Origin: a virus
Reading direction: 5' to 3' (one strand)
Virus record (IMG/VR): IMGVR_UViG_3300022856_000003
DNA length: 64,000 nt
Under the pieces are notes generated by a model, which ran no database searches, was not told the DNA's origin, and worked only from the letters and a program-made list of their open reading frames with translations. Every line of letters begins with the position of its first letter. Within the stretch, counting starts at the first letter, position 1. Both the position numbers and the translations under genes were made by a program. Of this stretch, positions 39,367-48,788 are shown in pieces.

Positions 39367-41052
39367 ATGACGACCAAGTCTCCTACTCCTACCTCTCCTG
39401 CCATCGACGACATTCGGGTTGGAATCGCAGCGCGATTCCCCTGCATGTGGCTCGAGACGCACGAGGAACGTCGCGCTCTCGCCGAACTCGGTGACATGTG
39501 CGAAACCATGAACCTCAAGCTCTTCGTTTGGTCGATCAGTAGCGGCATCCGTCGTCGTCTGACCGGTGCCGAACGAGCGACGAACAAGAACTCCTCCCAG
39601 TACGAGTCGATCGCTCCAGAGGCAGGACCGGATGAGCTGATCGAGGCCGTTCTGGCACAGCCGAAGGGTTCCGACGGTTCCGACGTTCGCGCTCTCTACG
39701 TCCTTGCGGAGATCGACGAGCTGATCAACGAGGATGTTGTCCTTCGTCGTAAGTTCCGCGAGTTCATCGAAGACGCGCGAGCCCGCCAGGGTCGTCACGT
39801 CCTGGTGATGACTCCGCGAACCAACAACATCCCGACGAGTCTCGACCGCACGGTCACTCAGGTGACTTTGCCGGTTCCTACCCGTGACCAGCACGCTCAG
39901 CGAATCGACCGGTTCGTGACCCAGTTCAAGGGCCGAAAGAAGGGCGACAAGCTCGTCAACCTGTCCGCGAAGCAGCGCGAGCGCCTGATCAACGCGGCCA
40001 CGGGCCTCACCCGTGACGGTCTCGACCGAGCCGTCTCCGTCGCTCTGACCGAGTTCAAGTGCCTCGACGAGCGCGCCATCGAAACGGTCGCCAAGGAGAA
40101 GCGTCAGCTCGTGGACGGCACCGGGTTCCTCCAGTACACGGAACCCGCCGAGACGCTCGACGATGTCGGTGGTCAGGATCTCTTCAAGGCATGGCTCCAG
40201 CAGCGCATGAAGGCTTTCGGACCCGAGGCCCGCGCCTACGGACTTCCCGAGCCGAAGGGTGTGCTCGTCACGGGTCCTCCCGGCGTCGGCAAGAGCCTGG
40301 GAGCGAAGGCGGCAAGTGCGACCTGGGGTCGACCTCTTCTTCGTCTCGACATCGGCGCGCTGATGGGCGGCATCGTCGGGGAATCCGAAGGGAACACCCG
40401 GCAGGCCATCGAACTCATCGAAGCGATGGCACCCTGCGTCCTCTGGATTGACGAGATCGAGAAGGGCCTCTCGGGGATGGCATCCTCCGGCTCCACCGAT
40501 GGCGGAACCACGGCGCGCGTCTTCCAGACCCTCCTGACGTGGCTCAACGAGAAGACCTCCTCGGTGTTCGTCTTCGCCACGGCGAACGACCCGACGAGCC
40601 TCCCGCCCGAGCTTCTTCGAAAGGGCCGTCTCGACGAGATCTTCGCGGTGACGCTTCCCAGTCACGTTGAGCGTGTCGAAGTCCTCGAGATTCACATCAA
40701 CCGGCGCAAGCGCAACCCGAAGGACTTCGACCTTGAGTTGCTCGCGGCCAACACAAAGGGCTTCTCCGGTGCCGAACTGGAACAGGGCGTCATCGACGCA
40801 ATGTTCGCGGCCTTCGCTGATGACGGTGCGGTCCTCTCGACCAAGTACGTCCTCGACGCAGTCCAGGCGACGAAGCCGATGTCCGAGACGATGGCCGAGC
40901 GCATCGAAGCGATGGCACTCTGGGCCGAGACCCGCGCTCGCCCTTGCTCCAGCCTGACGGGACAAGAGCCGGTCATCCAGTCCGCGCCGACGACTCCCGC
41001 CGAGCAGAAGCAGGCCGCGTCTGACGACATCCTGGACATCCTGACCGACTGA
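39367..41052 (+). CDS. Ycf46-like AAA+ ATPase (degenerate N-terminal AAA plus active AAA)
   Basis: WLETHEERR N-domain; GPPGVGKS Walker A; LWIDEIEKG Walker B; ATAN..LPPELLRKGRLDEIF; GFSGAELE; tail SDDILDILTD. Confidence 0.9.
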   Translation: MTTKSPTPTSPAIDDIRVGIAARFPCMWLETHEERRALAELGDMCETMNLKLFVWSISSGIRRRLTGAERATNKNSSQYESIAPEAGPDELIEAVLAQPKGSDGSDVRALYVLAEIDELINEDVVLRRKFREFIEDARARQGRHVLVMTPRTNNIPTSLDRTVTQVTLPVPTRDQHAQRIDRFVTQFKGRKKGDKLVNLSAKQRERLINAATGLTRDGLDRAVSVALTEFKCLDERAIETVAKEKRQLVDGTGFLQYTEPAETLDDVGGQDLFKAWLQQRMKAFGPEARAYGLPEPKGVLVTGPPGVGKSLGAKAASATWGRPLLRLDIGALMGGIVGESEGNTRQAIELIEAMAPCVLWIDEIEKGLSGMASSGSTDGGTTARVFQTLLTWLNEKTSSVFVFATANDPTSLPPELLRKGRLDEIFAVTLPSHVERVEVLEIHINRRKRNPKDFDLELLAANTKGFSGAELEQGVIDAMFAAFADDGAVLSTKYVLDAVQATKPMSETMAERIEAMALWAETRARPCSSLTGQEPVIQSAPTTPAEQKQAASDDILDILTD

Positions 41053-41062
41053 GCAAAGACAC

Positions 41063-41108
41063 ATCGCAGCGGTCGAGGGTTGAACATCTTCGACCGCTGC
41101 GATAGGAT
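41063..41108 (+). promoter_or_regulatory. 14-bp perfect inverted repeat containing a promoter-like sequence
   Basis: ATCGCAGCGGTCGA (41063-41076) / TCGACCGCTGCGAT (41090-41103); TTGAAC-17-TAGGAT. Confidence 0.6.
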
Positions 41109-41138
41109 GTCACTAGGAAACGAACTAACCCGCAAACG

Positions 41139-41741
41139 ATGGAGGTCAAGGTGACCCAGGGTGACGACAAGATTGCAATCTTCGGGAAGATCGTCGAATC
41201 TTCTGTTGACGGCCCCGGAACCCGCGCGGTGATTCACTTCGCAGGCTGTTCCATCGGGTGCCCCGGATGTTTCAACCCTCTGACCCATGATGCGACCGCG
41301 CCAGGCGTCTGGTACGGCTCCGCGAAATCGATTGCGCGGAGGATGCTCGCGGTATCCGATTCCGTGACCATCTCCGGTGGCGAGCCCACCGACCAGCTCG
41401 AGTCCCTGTTCGACCTCTGCGTGGAGCTGAGGGCAGAAGGCTGCAACGACATCGTCCTGTTCACGGGCAAGAAGGTGTCTGTCCATGAGAGGAAGCCTCT
41501 CTGGAACAAGCTCATCAGAGATTGTCTTGTGGATGTCGTAGTCGACGGACCCTTCAAGCAAGGGAACCTCGCCATCATCGGGCTCCGTGGCTCCGACAAT
41601 CAGGAAGTCATCCCGATCACCGAGCGGTGGACCGTGGCCGACTTCAACGAGCGGGAAGTCGAAATCACGCTCGACTTCTCCAGCGGTGGCCTGCTAATCA
41701 CGGGCTTCCCTGACCAGGAACTTCTCGACCTGCTGGCGTGA
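41139..41741 (+). CDS. NrdG-like radical SAM (4Fe-4S single cluster) protein
   Basis: VDGPGTRAVIHFAGCSIGCPGCFNP (CxxxCxxC), VTISGGEP, DVVVDGPF, RGSDNQ. Confidence 0.88.
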   Translation: MEVKVTQGDDKIAIFGKIVESSVDGPGTRAVIHFAGCSIGCPGCFNPLTHDATAPGVWYGSAKSIARRMLAVSDSVTISGGEPTDQLESLFDLCVELRAEGCNDIVLFTGKKVSVHERKPLWNKLIRDCLVDVVVDGPFKQGNLAIIGLRGSDNQEVIPITERWTVADFNEREVEITLDFSSGGLLITGFPDQELLDLLA

Positions 41742-41765
41742 CATTCCGTCACTCAGTGTTATACT
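41738..41765 (+). promoter_or_regulatory. extended -10 promoter
   Basis: GTGACA-16-TATACT with TGn. Confidence 0.55.
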
Positions 41766-41814
41766 GACGAAGGAAACCGCTCCAACGGTTACCACCGAAA
41801 CCACCGAGGCAAAA

Positions 41815-42012
41815 ATGCGACAAGAAGTAGAAATCATCATCGACCCGCTCTCTGGCGAGATGTCCTCGAAAGTCGTCACAGGACCGGGCGGCGCACTCTG
41901 CGAAACGATGCTCGAGCAGCTCTTCGACCAGAAGCCCTCGGGCACGAAGAAGTTGCCTGAGTACTACCAGAAGCGCGTCACCGTCGGCAAGACCAAGCAG
42001 AAGCGCGGATAG
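41815..42012 (+). CDS. DUF2997-like protein
   Basis: EIIIDPLSGEMSSKVVTGPGGALCE...KLPEYYQ; next to DUF1257 and the AAA gene. Confidence 0.7.
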   Translation: MRQEVEIIIDPLSGEMSSKVVTGPGGALCETMLEQLFDQKPSGTKKLPEYYQKRVTVGKTKQKRG

Positions 42013-42078
42013 CGACCCTTCAAACCCTCCTCGGAGCGGGCAAGGTGCCTGCGAAGATCGAACCCCCGGAGCCCGACA

Positions 42079-42555
42079 ATGAGTGCCTACGCCGAATACA
42101 ACAGTGTCCAATTCAAAGACCTCCCTTGCCTGATTGAGGCGCTCCAGAAGTGCCGCAACCGGAAGGGGATCCCCTGGACCCTGTACAATCTCGTCATCAG
42201 CGAGAACAACGACATCGATCTCTACGGCTACGAGGGGAAGAACCGATCGACCGCCAGCGGCCAGAACCGTTCGCCCAAGTGCTCGATCGCCATCGCGGGA
42301 GCGGGACGCCCCGGGTGTTTGAACGCAGTCGGCTCGTCCTCCAACGACCTCGGCTTCACCCGAGACGCCGACGGGAACCTCGCCCCGGTCATCAGCAGCT
42401 ACGACTCGACGGCCTACGACGAGTGCTGGATGAACGAGTTGAAGGCGACCTACCTCGAAGTCCTCGTCAACAAGAACGCGAAGAAGAACGGCTACAAGGT
42501 CAAGAAGACCGAAGTCGACGGCAAGGTCAAGCTGACCATGACCCGCTGGCGCTAG
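42079..42555 (+). CDS. DUF1257 (Ycf35-like) protein
   Basis: MSAY...QFKDLPCLIEAL...LYGYEG...NDLGFTRDADG...ISSYD...AKKNGYKV; leader hairpin GCGGGC-AAGGT-GCCTGC at 42036-42052. Confidence 0.75.
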   Translation: MSAYAEYNSVQFKDLPCLIEALQKCRNRKGIPWTLYNLVISENNDIDLYGYEGKNRSTASGQNRSPKCSIAIAGAGRPGCLNAVGSSSNDLGFTRDADGNLAPVISSYDSTAYDECWMNELKATYLEVLVNKNAKKNGYKVKKTEVDGKVKLTMTRWR

Positions 42556-42611
42556 CTGCAACGATTTCTAGCAGGGCGCGACCCGCCCCCCCTACGTCCT
42601 GCCAGACGGTG

Positions 42612-42643
42612 AAGCCCTGCCCTAATTTTGGGGTAGGGTTTTT
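42612..42643 (+). terminator. intrinsic terminator
   Basis: AAGCCCTGCCC...GGGTAGGGTTTTT. Confidence 0.75.
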
Positions 42644-43189
42644 CCCGTTGGGAGACAAGATGACACCGCTCGAAGAAGAGGCTCTCCGCGAGCAAGTCAA
42701 GGTTCCCGACCGATTCGCCATCAAGGACGCGGACGGCTTCTGGACGTTCCTTTCGGAGCTGGATGATGCGCGGTTCATTGTCGAGTACAGCCCAGTCTTT
42801 CGAGTGCAGGGAGACATACGACTGGTCATAGGACCCTGGGGCATTCGGGACCGTCTTCCACTGGAATCACCAGTCGACGATCTCAGCAGGGTCTTGCTGG
42901 CTGTCACATCGGCTCCTCTTGAGCCCTCACAAGCCCGCTACGTGGCTGCGCTAATTTCCTCACACTCTGTGACCCTTCTGACAGTCGAAGGCGCTCTCGA
43001 GCCATCTGAGTGGCCTCTTGAGAACGTCCTCTACGAGATCTGTCACCTGGGTCAACGCTCTGGCCTCATGGGCTCTGTTGAGAGGTACAGCGAGGACAGT
43101 GTCTTCCGCCTCGACACAGGCGACGAGACGCCACTGGAAGATCTGGCTCACATGCTCTGGCCAGCGGGTGGTCAGTTCGACCCCATCGC

Positions 43190-43262
43190 TTGACAACTGC
43201 CGACCGCACCGATATAGTAACTGTGAGGGCGAGATGCCCTCAGATGTCGTCCAAGGTGGACG
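43190..43262 (+). promoter_or_regulatory. sigma70-like promoter plus leader hairpins
   Basis: TTGACA-17-TATAGT; TGAGGGC-GAGAT-GCCCTCA and CGTCC-AAGGT-GGACG (43248-43262). Confidence 0.85.
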
Positions 43263-43272
43263 AGGAGACTAG

Positions 43273-44877
43273 ATGGCACTCATCCGACTAGGCATTCACA
43301 AAGACTACGTCCCTAGCTGGGGAATCTGGGAAGGGGTCCGTGACCTCGTTCAGAACGCACTCGACGAAGACGACAAGGGCAACGCTCTGTCCGTCCATGA
43401 GTATCCGAAGACCAACCGGATCAGCCTCATCAACGATGGTTCAATCCTTCCGCTAGAAGCCCTGCTCATCGGCTTCTCAACGAAGGCCAACGACACTCAG
43501 TCTCGTGGTCAGTACGGAGAGGGCCTCAAGCTCGCAATGCTGGCTCTCATCCGCGAAGGAGTGGGAGTCGTCATTCGTTCTGGCGGAACGACTTTTAAGC
43601 CGATCATCGCCATGGATCCGCAGCTCAACTGCGAGACCCTCTGCATCAAGACATCGAAGACCAAGGACCTTGGTATCACCGATGTGATGCTCGAGAACAT
43701 GAGCACCGCTGGCTGGGCCGAGTGCAAGAAGCGATTCACGCGCTGGGCAGGATTCACCGACACGGTGGAAACCGCTGGAGGAACCCTCATCCGCGACGAC
43801 GCGGCCAAGGGGATGGTCTTCGTCAAAGGCATCTACGTCTGTACCCTGGAAGGGTTGAAGTTCGGCTACGACCTCAAGCATTGCGACTTGGACCGTGACC
43901 GCTCCATCCCGATGCAGTGGGAGCTGGAGTTCCAGACCAGCAAGATTGTCGAAGCCGCGATGCTGGCTGACAAGGTCACTCCTGATGAAGCCATCGAGTT
44001 GTTCACGGGAGGAAATGTCGAGTCCCGCAAGTTCGGCTCCTCGTTCTCTATCGCTCCTGGCTCCTCTGCTCTGGAGAAGGCCATCCTCGAAAAGCACCCT
44101 GATGTGGATGCCTTCGAGTTTGAGGGAGACGATCTCAAAGCTCCCGAAGATCTCAAGGTCGTCAGGCTCCCTGCCGCCATGCGAGGCCCGCTGGCTGATC
44201 GTCTGACTTCTGTCAAGTCGGTCATGAGCGCACGTAGCGGAATGCCGACCGCGATATTCACCAGGAAGCAGTTGTCAGAAACCGAGACGAGGAACCTCCT
44301 CCTCCTCGAGATGTTCACGCTGTCAAAGGACGACAAGATCCTCCCGGTAGAGATGAAGGACCCTGTTTCTACCCTCCCAGGTGATGACGAGATCGCCCAG
44401 GTGGTTGTTTGTCGTCGACTCCTCCGTACCGATGACGGTCTGGTCAGGGTGATGCAGGGCCTCATGGAATACGGAGTCGCCTCCGAGGACGAAGTATTCG
44501 CCACATTGCTCAAGGTTCGCAGTGGACATGATGCAATTGATGCAGAGGCGGCTGAACTCCGAGCCAGCATCGAGCGTGAGAAGATCGCGTGGGACGATAA
44601 GCGTCGGCAAAATGTTCGCGAGGCAGTAGCCCACATCCAGCGTCGCGAAGAGACAGCCCGACAGGAAATCGCTGACAAGGAATCTGACTACCTGCTCGAA
44701 GCGGATCGGTTCTTGACGAAGGCGAAGAAGCGCGGCGAGGAAATTCTCGCGGATTCCATCGTCCAGGCCGCTGACTTTGAAGTCGAAGCAATGGACAAGC
44801 TCAAGGCGAAGCTCCTTGAGAGTGTCGTAACCGAGAGCGATGTCGACGACATCCTTGCCAACCTGGGGAATATGTGA
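43273..44877 (+). CDS. GHKL (HATPase_c-like) ATPase with C-terminal coiled coil and acidic tag
   Basis: VRDLVQNALD (N box), INDG, GFSTK, GQYGEGLKLA; ends VVTESDVDDILANLGNM. Confidence 0.8.
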   Translation: MALIRLGIHKDYVPSWGIWEGVRDLVQNALDEDDKGNALSVHEYPKTNRISLINDGSILPLEALLIGFSTKANDTQSRGQYGEGLKLAMLALIREGVGVVIRSGGTTFKPIIAMDPQLNCETLCIKTSKTKDLGITDVMLENMSTAGWAECKKRFTRWAGFTDTVETAGGTLIRDDAAKGMVFVKGIYVCTLEGLKFGYDLKHCDLDRDRSIPMQWELEFQTSKIVEAAMLADKVTPDEAIELFTGGNVESRKFGSSFSIAPGSSALEKAILEKHPDVDAFEFEGDDLKAPEDLKVVRLPAAMRGPLADRLTSVKSVMSARSGMPTAIFTRKQLSETETRNLLLLEMFTLSKDDKILPVEMKDPVSTLPGDDEIAQVVVCRRLLRTDDGLVRVMQGLMEYGVASEDEVFATLLKVRSGHDAIDAEAAELRASIEREKIAWDDKRRQNVREAVAHIQRREETARQEIADKESDYLLEADRFLTKAKKRGEEILADSIVQAADFEVEAMDKLKAKLLESVVTESDVDDILANLGNM

Positions 44878-45344
44878 TGGCGGAAGTCACCCGCTACTAC
44901 GACGTGATGGATCTGCCCGACGAGATCTACAACGCTCTCAACGTCATGGGCCACTATCTCAGTGGGGAAGGCGTGTCGAGCGGTCTCATCAAGGTTGTGG
45001 ATAGCGATGTTCCGGCCTTCGTCGAGAACGGCATCTGGTTCATCGACATGCGGTGGGCCATCCAGGCGTCCAAAGGAGCGACAGCCATGGTCCTGACCAT
45101 CTGTCTCGGAGCGATGTCCAGGGATCAGTTCGAGGTTGAGGCACACAAGGTCTTCGACCGCACGCTCAAAGCGCAGCTCTCTCTAGCCAATGATCTCGTG
45201 AAGTTGCAGGAAGTCACGGACAACCGGGTCAAGCGCATCAAAGACCAGGCCATGCGCGACCTCAAGAGCTACCTGCTCGACAATGTCGTAGTGACACAGG
45301 ACGACGTGGACACGGCCCTAGACGACATCTTGAGGACGTTCTAA
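44874..45344 (+). CDS. hypothetical protein with acidic tag
   Basis: Ends VVTQDDVDTALDDILRTF. Confidence 0.7.
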   Translation: MMAEVTRYYDVMDLPDEIYNALNVMGHYLSGEGVSSGLIKVVDSDVPAFVENGIWFIDMRWAIQASKGATAMVLTICLGAMSRDQFEVEAHKVFDRTLKAQLSLANDLVKLQEVTDNRVKRIKDQAMRDLKSYLLDNVVVTQDDVDTALDDILRTF

Positions 45345-46294
45345 TGACCGACCTCGACGAAGCAATCGAAGTGGTGGCGAACCTAGCCAATCGGACCCAC
45401 ACACCGACCATCGCTGACGGCATACGCATCGGTGCTCATGCTGTCCGAAGGGCGCTGGAGGAGGTGTTCGAGAAGAAAGTGGTGCTAAATATCGGAGGTG
45501 ATAGCCCTGCTGATGAGATGTTCGGGACGAGACGCGAAGGGCTCGAGAACCTTGCAGCCACCCTTGCCGACAAGGACCGTGATTCTCCCATCCCACACAG
45601 CGAAATCGATTTCGCCAGTCTCAAGTTCGAGGACAAAACTCACCTCGACGATGACGAGAGTAGGACGCTCACTCAGATGGCCTTCTTCATCTGGGGAGAC
45701 CATTGGCACGGCTCGAATACCTCATGGCTCCAGATCGCTGATCTGCCGCGCAAGGGGTTCGCCATCTACGCCACCGAGGCTGGTCGACCTCTGGTCGTCA
45801 TCGACCCGCGATGGCTGACTCCTGGTTCGTTCACTGGCGATGGTCCTGGCGCACGGCAGTTCACTGCCATCCTCCTGGCTCTACCCAGTGCGAACGCCAA
45901 GCACATCCTCAATCTGTCTCTCGAGCGTTTGTTCGGCTTTGCATCCTCGGTGAACCGCAAGGAGAGTGAGTACAAGGGCGAACTCGACAAGGAGTACGCC
46001 AGGAAGGAACTCGATCTCGCCTCCGGGTTCGCTGACAAGGTAGAGCAGGCCCATGCCACAGCACTCGAACGCACATTGAAGGCTGAGAGGAACTCGATCA
46101 ACCGTTGCTTGGTCGCTGAATCGGAATGCAACGAGAAGGTCCTTCTGGCCGAAGCGGAGGTCCGAGATATGAAGATCTGGTGCGAGACGGTTCGTGAGCG
46201 TGCCTCGGCAGATGCGCGGCAAATCCTCGAAGATCAAGTCGTCCTCGAACGCGACATCGACTCTGTACTCGAGTCCATCATGGAGACCCTGTGA
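45344..46294 (+). CDS. coiled-coil hypothetical protein with acidic tag
   Basis: Ends VVLERDIDSVLESIMETL. Confidence 0.7.
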   Translation: MTDLDEAIEVVANLANRTHTPTIADGIRIGAHAVRRALEEVFEKKVVLNIGGDSPADEMFGTRREGLENLAATLADKDRDSPIPHSEIDFASLKFEDKTHLDDDESRTLTQMAFFIWGDHWHGSNTSWLQIADLPRKGFAIYATEAGRPLVVIDPRWLTPGSFTGDGPGARQFTAILLALPSANAKHILNLSLERLFGFASSVNRKESEYKGELDKEYARKELDLASGFADKVEQAHATALERTLKAERNSINRCLVAESECNEKVLLAEAEVRDMKIWCETVRERASADARQILEDQVVLERDIDSVLESIMETL

Positions 46295-46917
46295 TCCAAA
46301 TCGATCAGATACTCCCGCCCGTAGCCAGAACCATCGAGTGGGCTTTCAAGATCAGGACGGACAAAGAGGTCCAGATCGCGGGTGTCACTCGGTTGGCGAT
46401 GAGGGATCTGGTTCGAGCTGTCGCCCCTGGACTCGGGAAGCTCCTGCTCTCGCACATGAATGGCGAATGGCTCCACCTCAACCCGCCACCATGGACCCCG
46501 TTCGAGGAGGTGGTTATGCCGCCTCTCGACCCGGCCGTCCTGGCGAAGTACCCGGAGTACGCCGACCTCCGAAGAGAGGAAACCGTTTACCTCAACTCCA
46601 GGTATCAGGTGAACGCCCGCGAGGTGGGCGGCGGGATGACTCACCTGTCCATCAAGAGGGTCGGCAAGGAACCACACATCGACTGGCGAGACATGCAGCG
46701 CATCAAGACGGAATTGACCTCTGCAACCCGAGAAGGGATGGAGCTGTATCCCGCCGAGAGTCGCGTCGTGGACACCGCGAACCAGTACCACATCTGGGTT
46801 CTACCCGAGGGAGCCCCATTGGGCTTCGGTCTGGGTCAGGAGAGGATCATCATGAACAATGCCGACCTCGAAGCGACACCAGCAGGAGGGGGCATTCAGC
46901 GCCCCTTTGAAACCTGA
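46291..46917 (+). CDS. conserved-type phage protein of unknown function
   Basis: HLSIKR...DWRDMQRIKTEL...ELYPAESRVVDTANQYHIW motif. Confidence 0.7.
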   Translation: MIQIDQILPPVARTIEWAFKIRTDKEVQIAGVTRLAMRDLVRAVAPGLGKLLLSHMNGEWLHLNPPPWTPFEEVVMPPLDPAVLAKYPEYADLRREETVYLNSRYQVNAREVGGGMTHLSIKRVGKEPHIDWRDMQRIKTELTSATREGMELYPAESRVVDTANQYHIWVLPEGAPLGFGLGQERIIMNNADLEATPAGGGIQRPFET

Positions 46918-47693
46918 GATGGAAAGAAGCCTCACAGTGAATCTGTCCTTCTCCCCACAGGAAATCCTGGATGCACTCCGACAGGCATACCCGGATGAGA
47001 ACATTCCCGATCACGCCTCCATCAAGGTTGGTCGAGGTAGTCGCCCGTCCGATAAGAAGAAGACGATTGTCGGCGAGACTGAATCAAAGCGAGCCATCTA
47101 TGCGTCATTGGACTGCAAGGTCCATTGGGACAAGCGATGAGGAAGCTAGGCCGCTGGTATCACAGCAACGGTGGAGTTGACCCCGATCAGTGCGGCGTGA
47201 CAGTCAGTTGGCGTCGTCAACCAGGCCATTCAGGTCTCGGGTTTGGGAACCGAAAAGGCTGGCCTCAGCGATCAGGCCGCAACGCCTTCGCCCCCGTGCT
47301 GGCCACTCCGCTCCACGGCTCCATTGGAATCATGAGCCCAGACTGGGTGGACGCTGACGGTGGACATCCGATGAGTCCCCCGAGCGACTACTACGACTTC
47401 GGACATCCCGAGTTGAAGTGGCAGTCCGAGATGCGCTCCGCTCCCGATGGCGCGGTCGAAGCATTCTGCAACGAAGCTGACCGTCTGGCTGTTGAAGCTG
47501 GATGGACACTCACCGAGGAGGAGTAGAGATGAGCACGAGAACGACCATCACCGCAGAGGTCCAAGCGGTCCTCGAAGCTGGAACCATCACTGACGGCGTT
47601 CGCCAAAGGTTGACCAACGGGACTGGTCTCGCGAAATCGATTGCGCTAGAGTGAGGCCACAGGGACGGTCCCTGTCCATAAGCAAGAGGCGAT

Positions 47694-48788
47694 ATGAAGC
47701 TCTACGTCCCCCCAGAGAACAAGGCCGGTTCCGGTCGACTCCGTGACCCCATCCCCACCATGCGAGCCACCAGCCCCGCGCTGGAAGCTCACTTCGGGAA
47801 GTTCTACGCTGCACTCGACAAGGGCTTCGTCCGACTCGAGGACTACATGGGTACCGAGGAGCTGATCGTCCGCGCCGCCCGCGTCTCCTACGCGATGGAC
47901 ACGAAGAAGCACGTCTACGACTACAAGGGGTTCAATGGGACCGCTGCCGAGTGCAACGACCACTACGACGAGAAGGGTGGTGAGTCGTTCGACCCGGATA
48001 ACGAGATCGGGTACCTCAAGTGTTCGGTCTGCGGAACTGACATCGGCGCGAGCAACGGCCACTGTCTCAAGGCCGACGCTGGGCTCATCCGCTACCTCTT
48101 GAGTCATCGGCACACCAGTCCGCTCGAGATGTGCGAGATCGTGACGCACTGGAAGCTCCCGATCCACGTCGCTCGACAGGTGGTTCGCCACCGCACCGCC
48201 AGTCTCAACGAGATGTCTGGCCGGTACACCCAGCTCCCGTCCGAGTTCTACATCCCTGGCATCTCCCGCATCGCGGTCCAGTCCACGGACAACAAGCAGG
48301 GCTCTGGCGACAGCGTCGCTGTGATGGAAGCGAAGCGCATCCAGGACGAGATCACGACCGACGGTGAGGCCATGTTCGACCGGTACGAGTCCTGGCTCTC
48401 CGCTGACGACCTCGCGAAGGAGCTGGCTCGAACCAACCTCCCGGTCGGCACGTACACCGAGTGGTACTGGAAGATGGACCTGCACAACCTCCTCCACTTC
48501 CTCGGGCTCCGACTCGACCCTCACGCTCAGTGGGAGGTTCGTCAGTACGCCGACATCCTCTGGGAGATGGTCCAGGACTGGGTTCCGACAGTCGCCAATG
48601 CGTTCATCGACTACAGGCTCGAAGCGGCCCAGTTCTCCCGAGTAGAGTTGAAGCTGGTCAGGTCGCTGACACGTCAGGTCAGTGCGCTATCAACCACGCT
48701 TGCCTACCTCCGAGAGCAACCGGACTGGAGCGAATTGACGGGCCGCGAGAAGAAGTCTTTCATCGCCAAGGTCGGTCTGGATGGCTGA
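47694..48788 (+). CDS. thyX: FAD-dependent thymidylate synthase with Cys/His-rich insertion
   Basis: AARVSY, RHTSPLE, RQVVRHRTASLNEMSGRY (ThyX motif), ELARTNLP, LRLDPHAQWEVR. Confidence 0.95.
   Translation: MKLYVPPENKAGSGRLRDPIPTMRATSPALEAHFGKFYAALDKGFVRLEDYMGTEELIVRAARVSYAMDTKKHVYDYKGFNGTAAECNDHYDEKGGESFDPDNEIGYLKCSVCGTDIGASNGHCLKADAGLIRYLLSHRHTSPLEMCEIVTHWKLPIHVARQVVRHRTASLNEMSGRYTQLPSEFYIPGISRIAVQSTDNKQGSGDSVAVMEAKRIQDEITTDGEAMFDRYESWLSADDLAKELARTNLPVGTYTEWYWKMDLHNLLHFLGLRLDPHAQWEVRQYADILWEMVQDWVPTVANAFIDYRLEAAQFSRVELKLVRSLTRQVSALSTTLAYLREQPDWSELTGREKKSFIAKVGLDG

Noticed and set aside
39202-41064. Long minus-strand ORFs (620 aa here; also 47646..48524, 56575..57612, 61145..62134 and others)
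   Set aside because: Antisense shadows of well-supported + strand genes, expected with strong GC3 codon bias; no recognisable motifs.
41738-41752. GTGAC-ATTCC-GTCAC as matS
   Set aside because: The spacer is 5 nt rather than 3, and only one copy was seen.
47910-48070. Intein or intron in thyX
   Set aside because: The frame is open, the insert is too short, and it lacks C/S-start and HN-C/S/T-end intein motifs.
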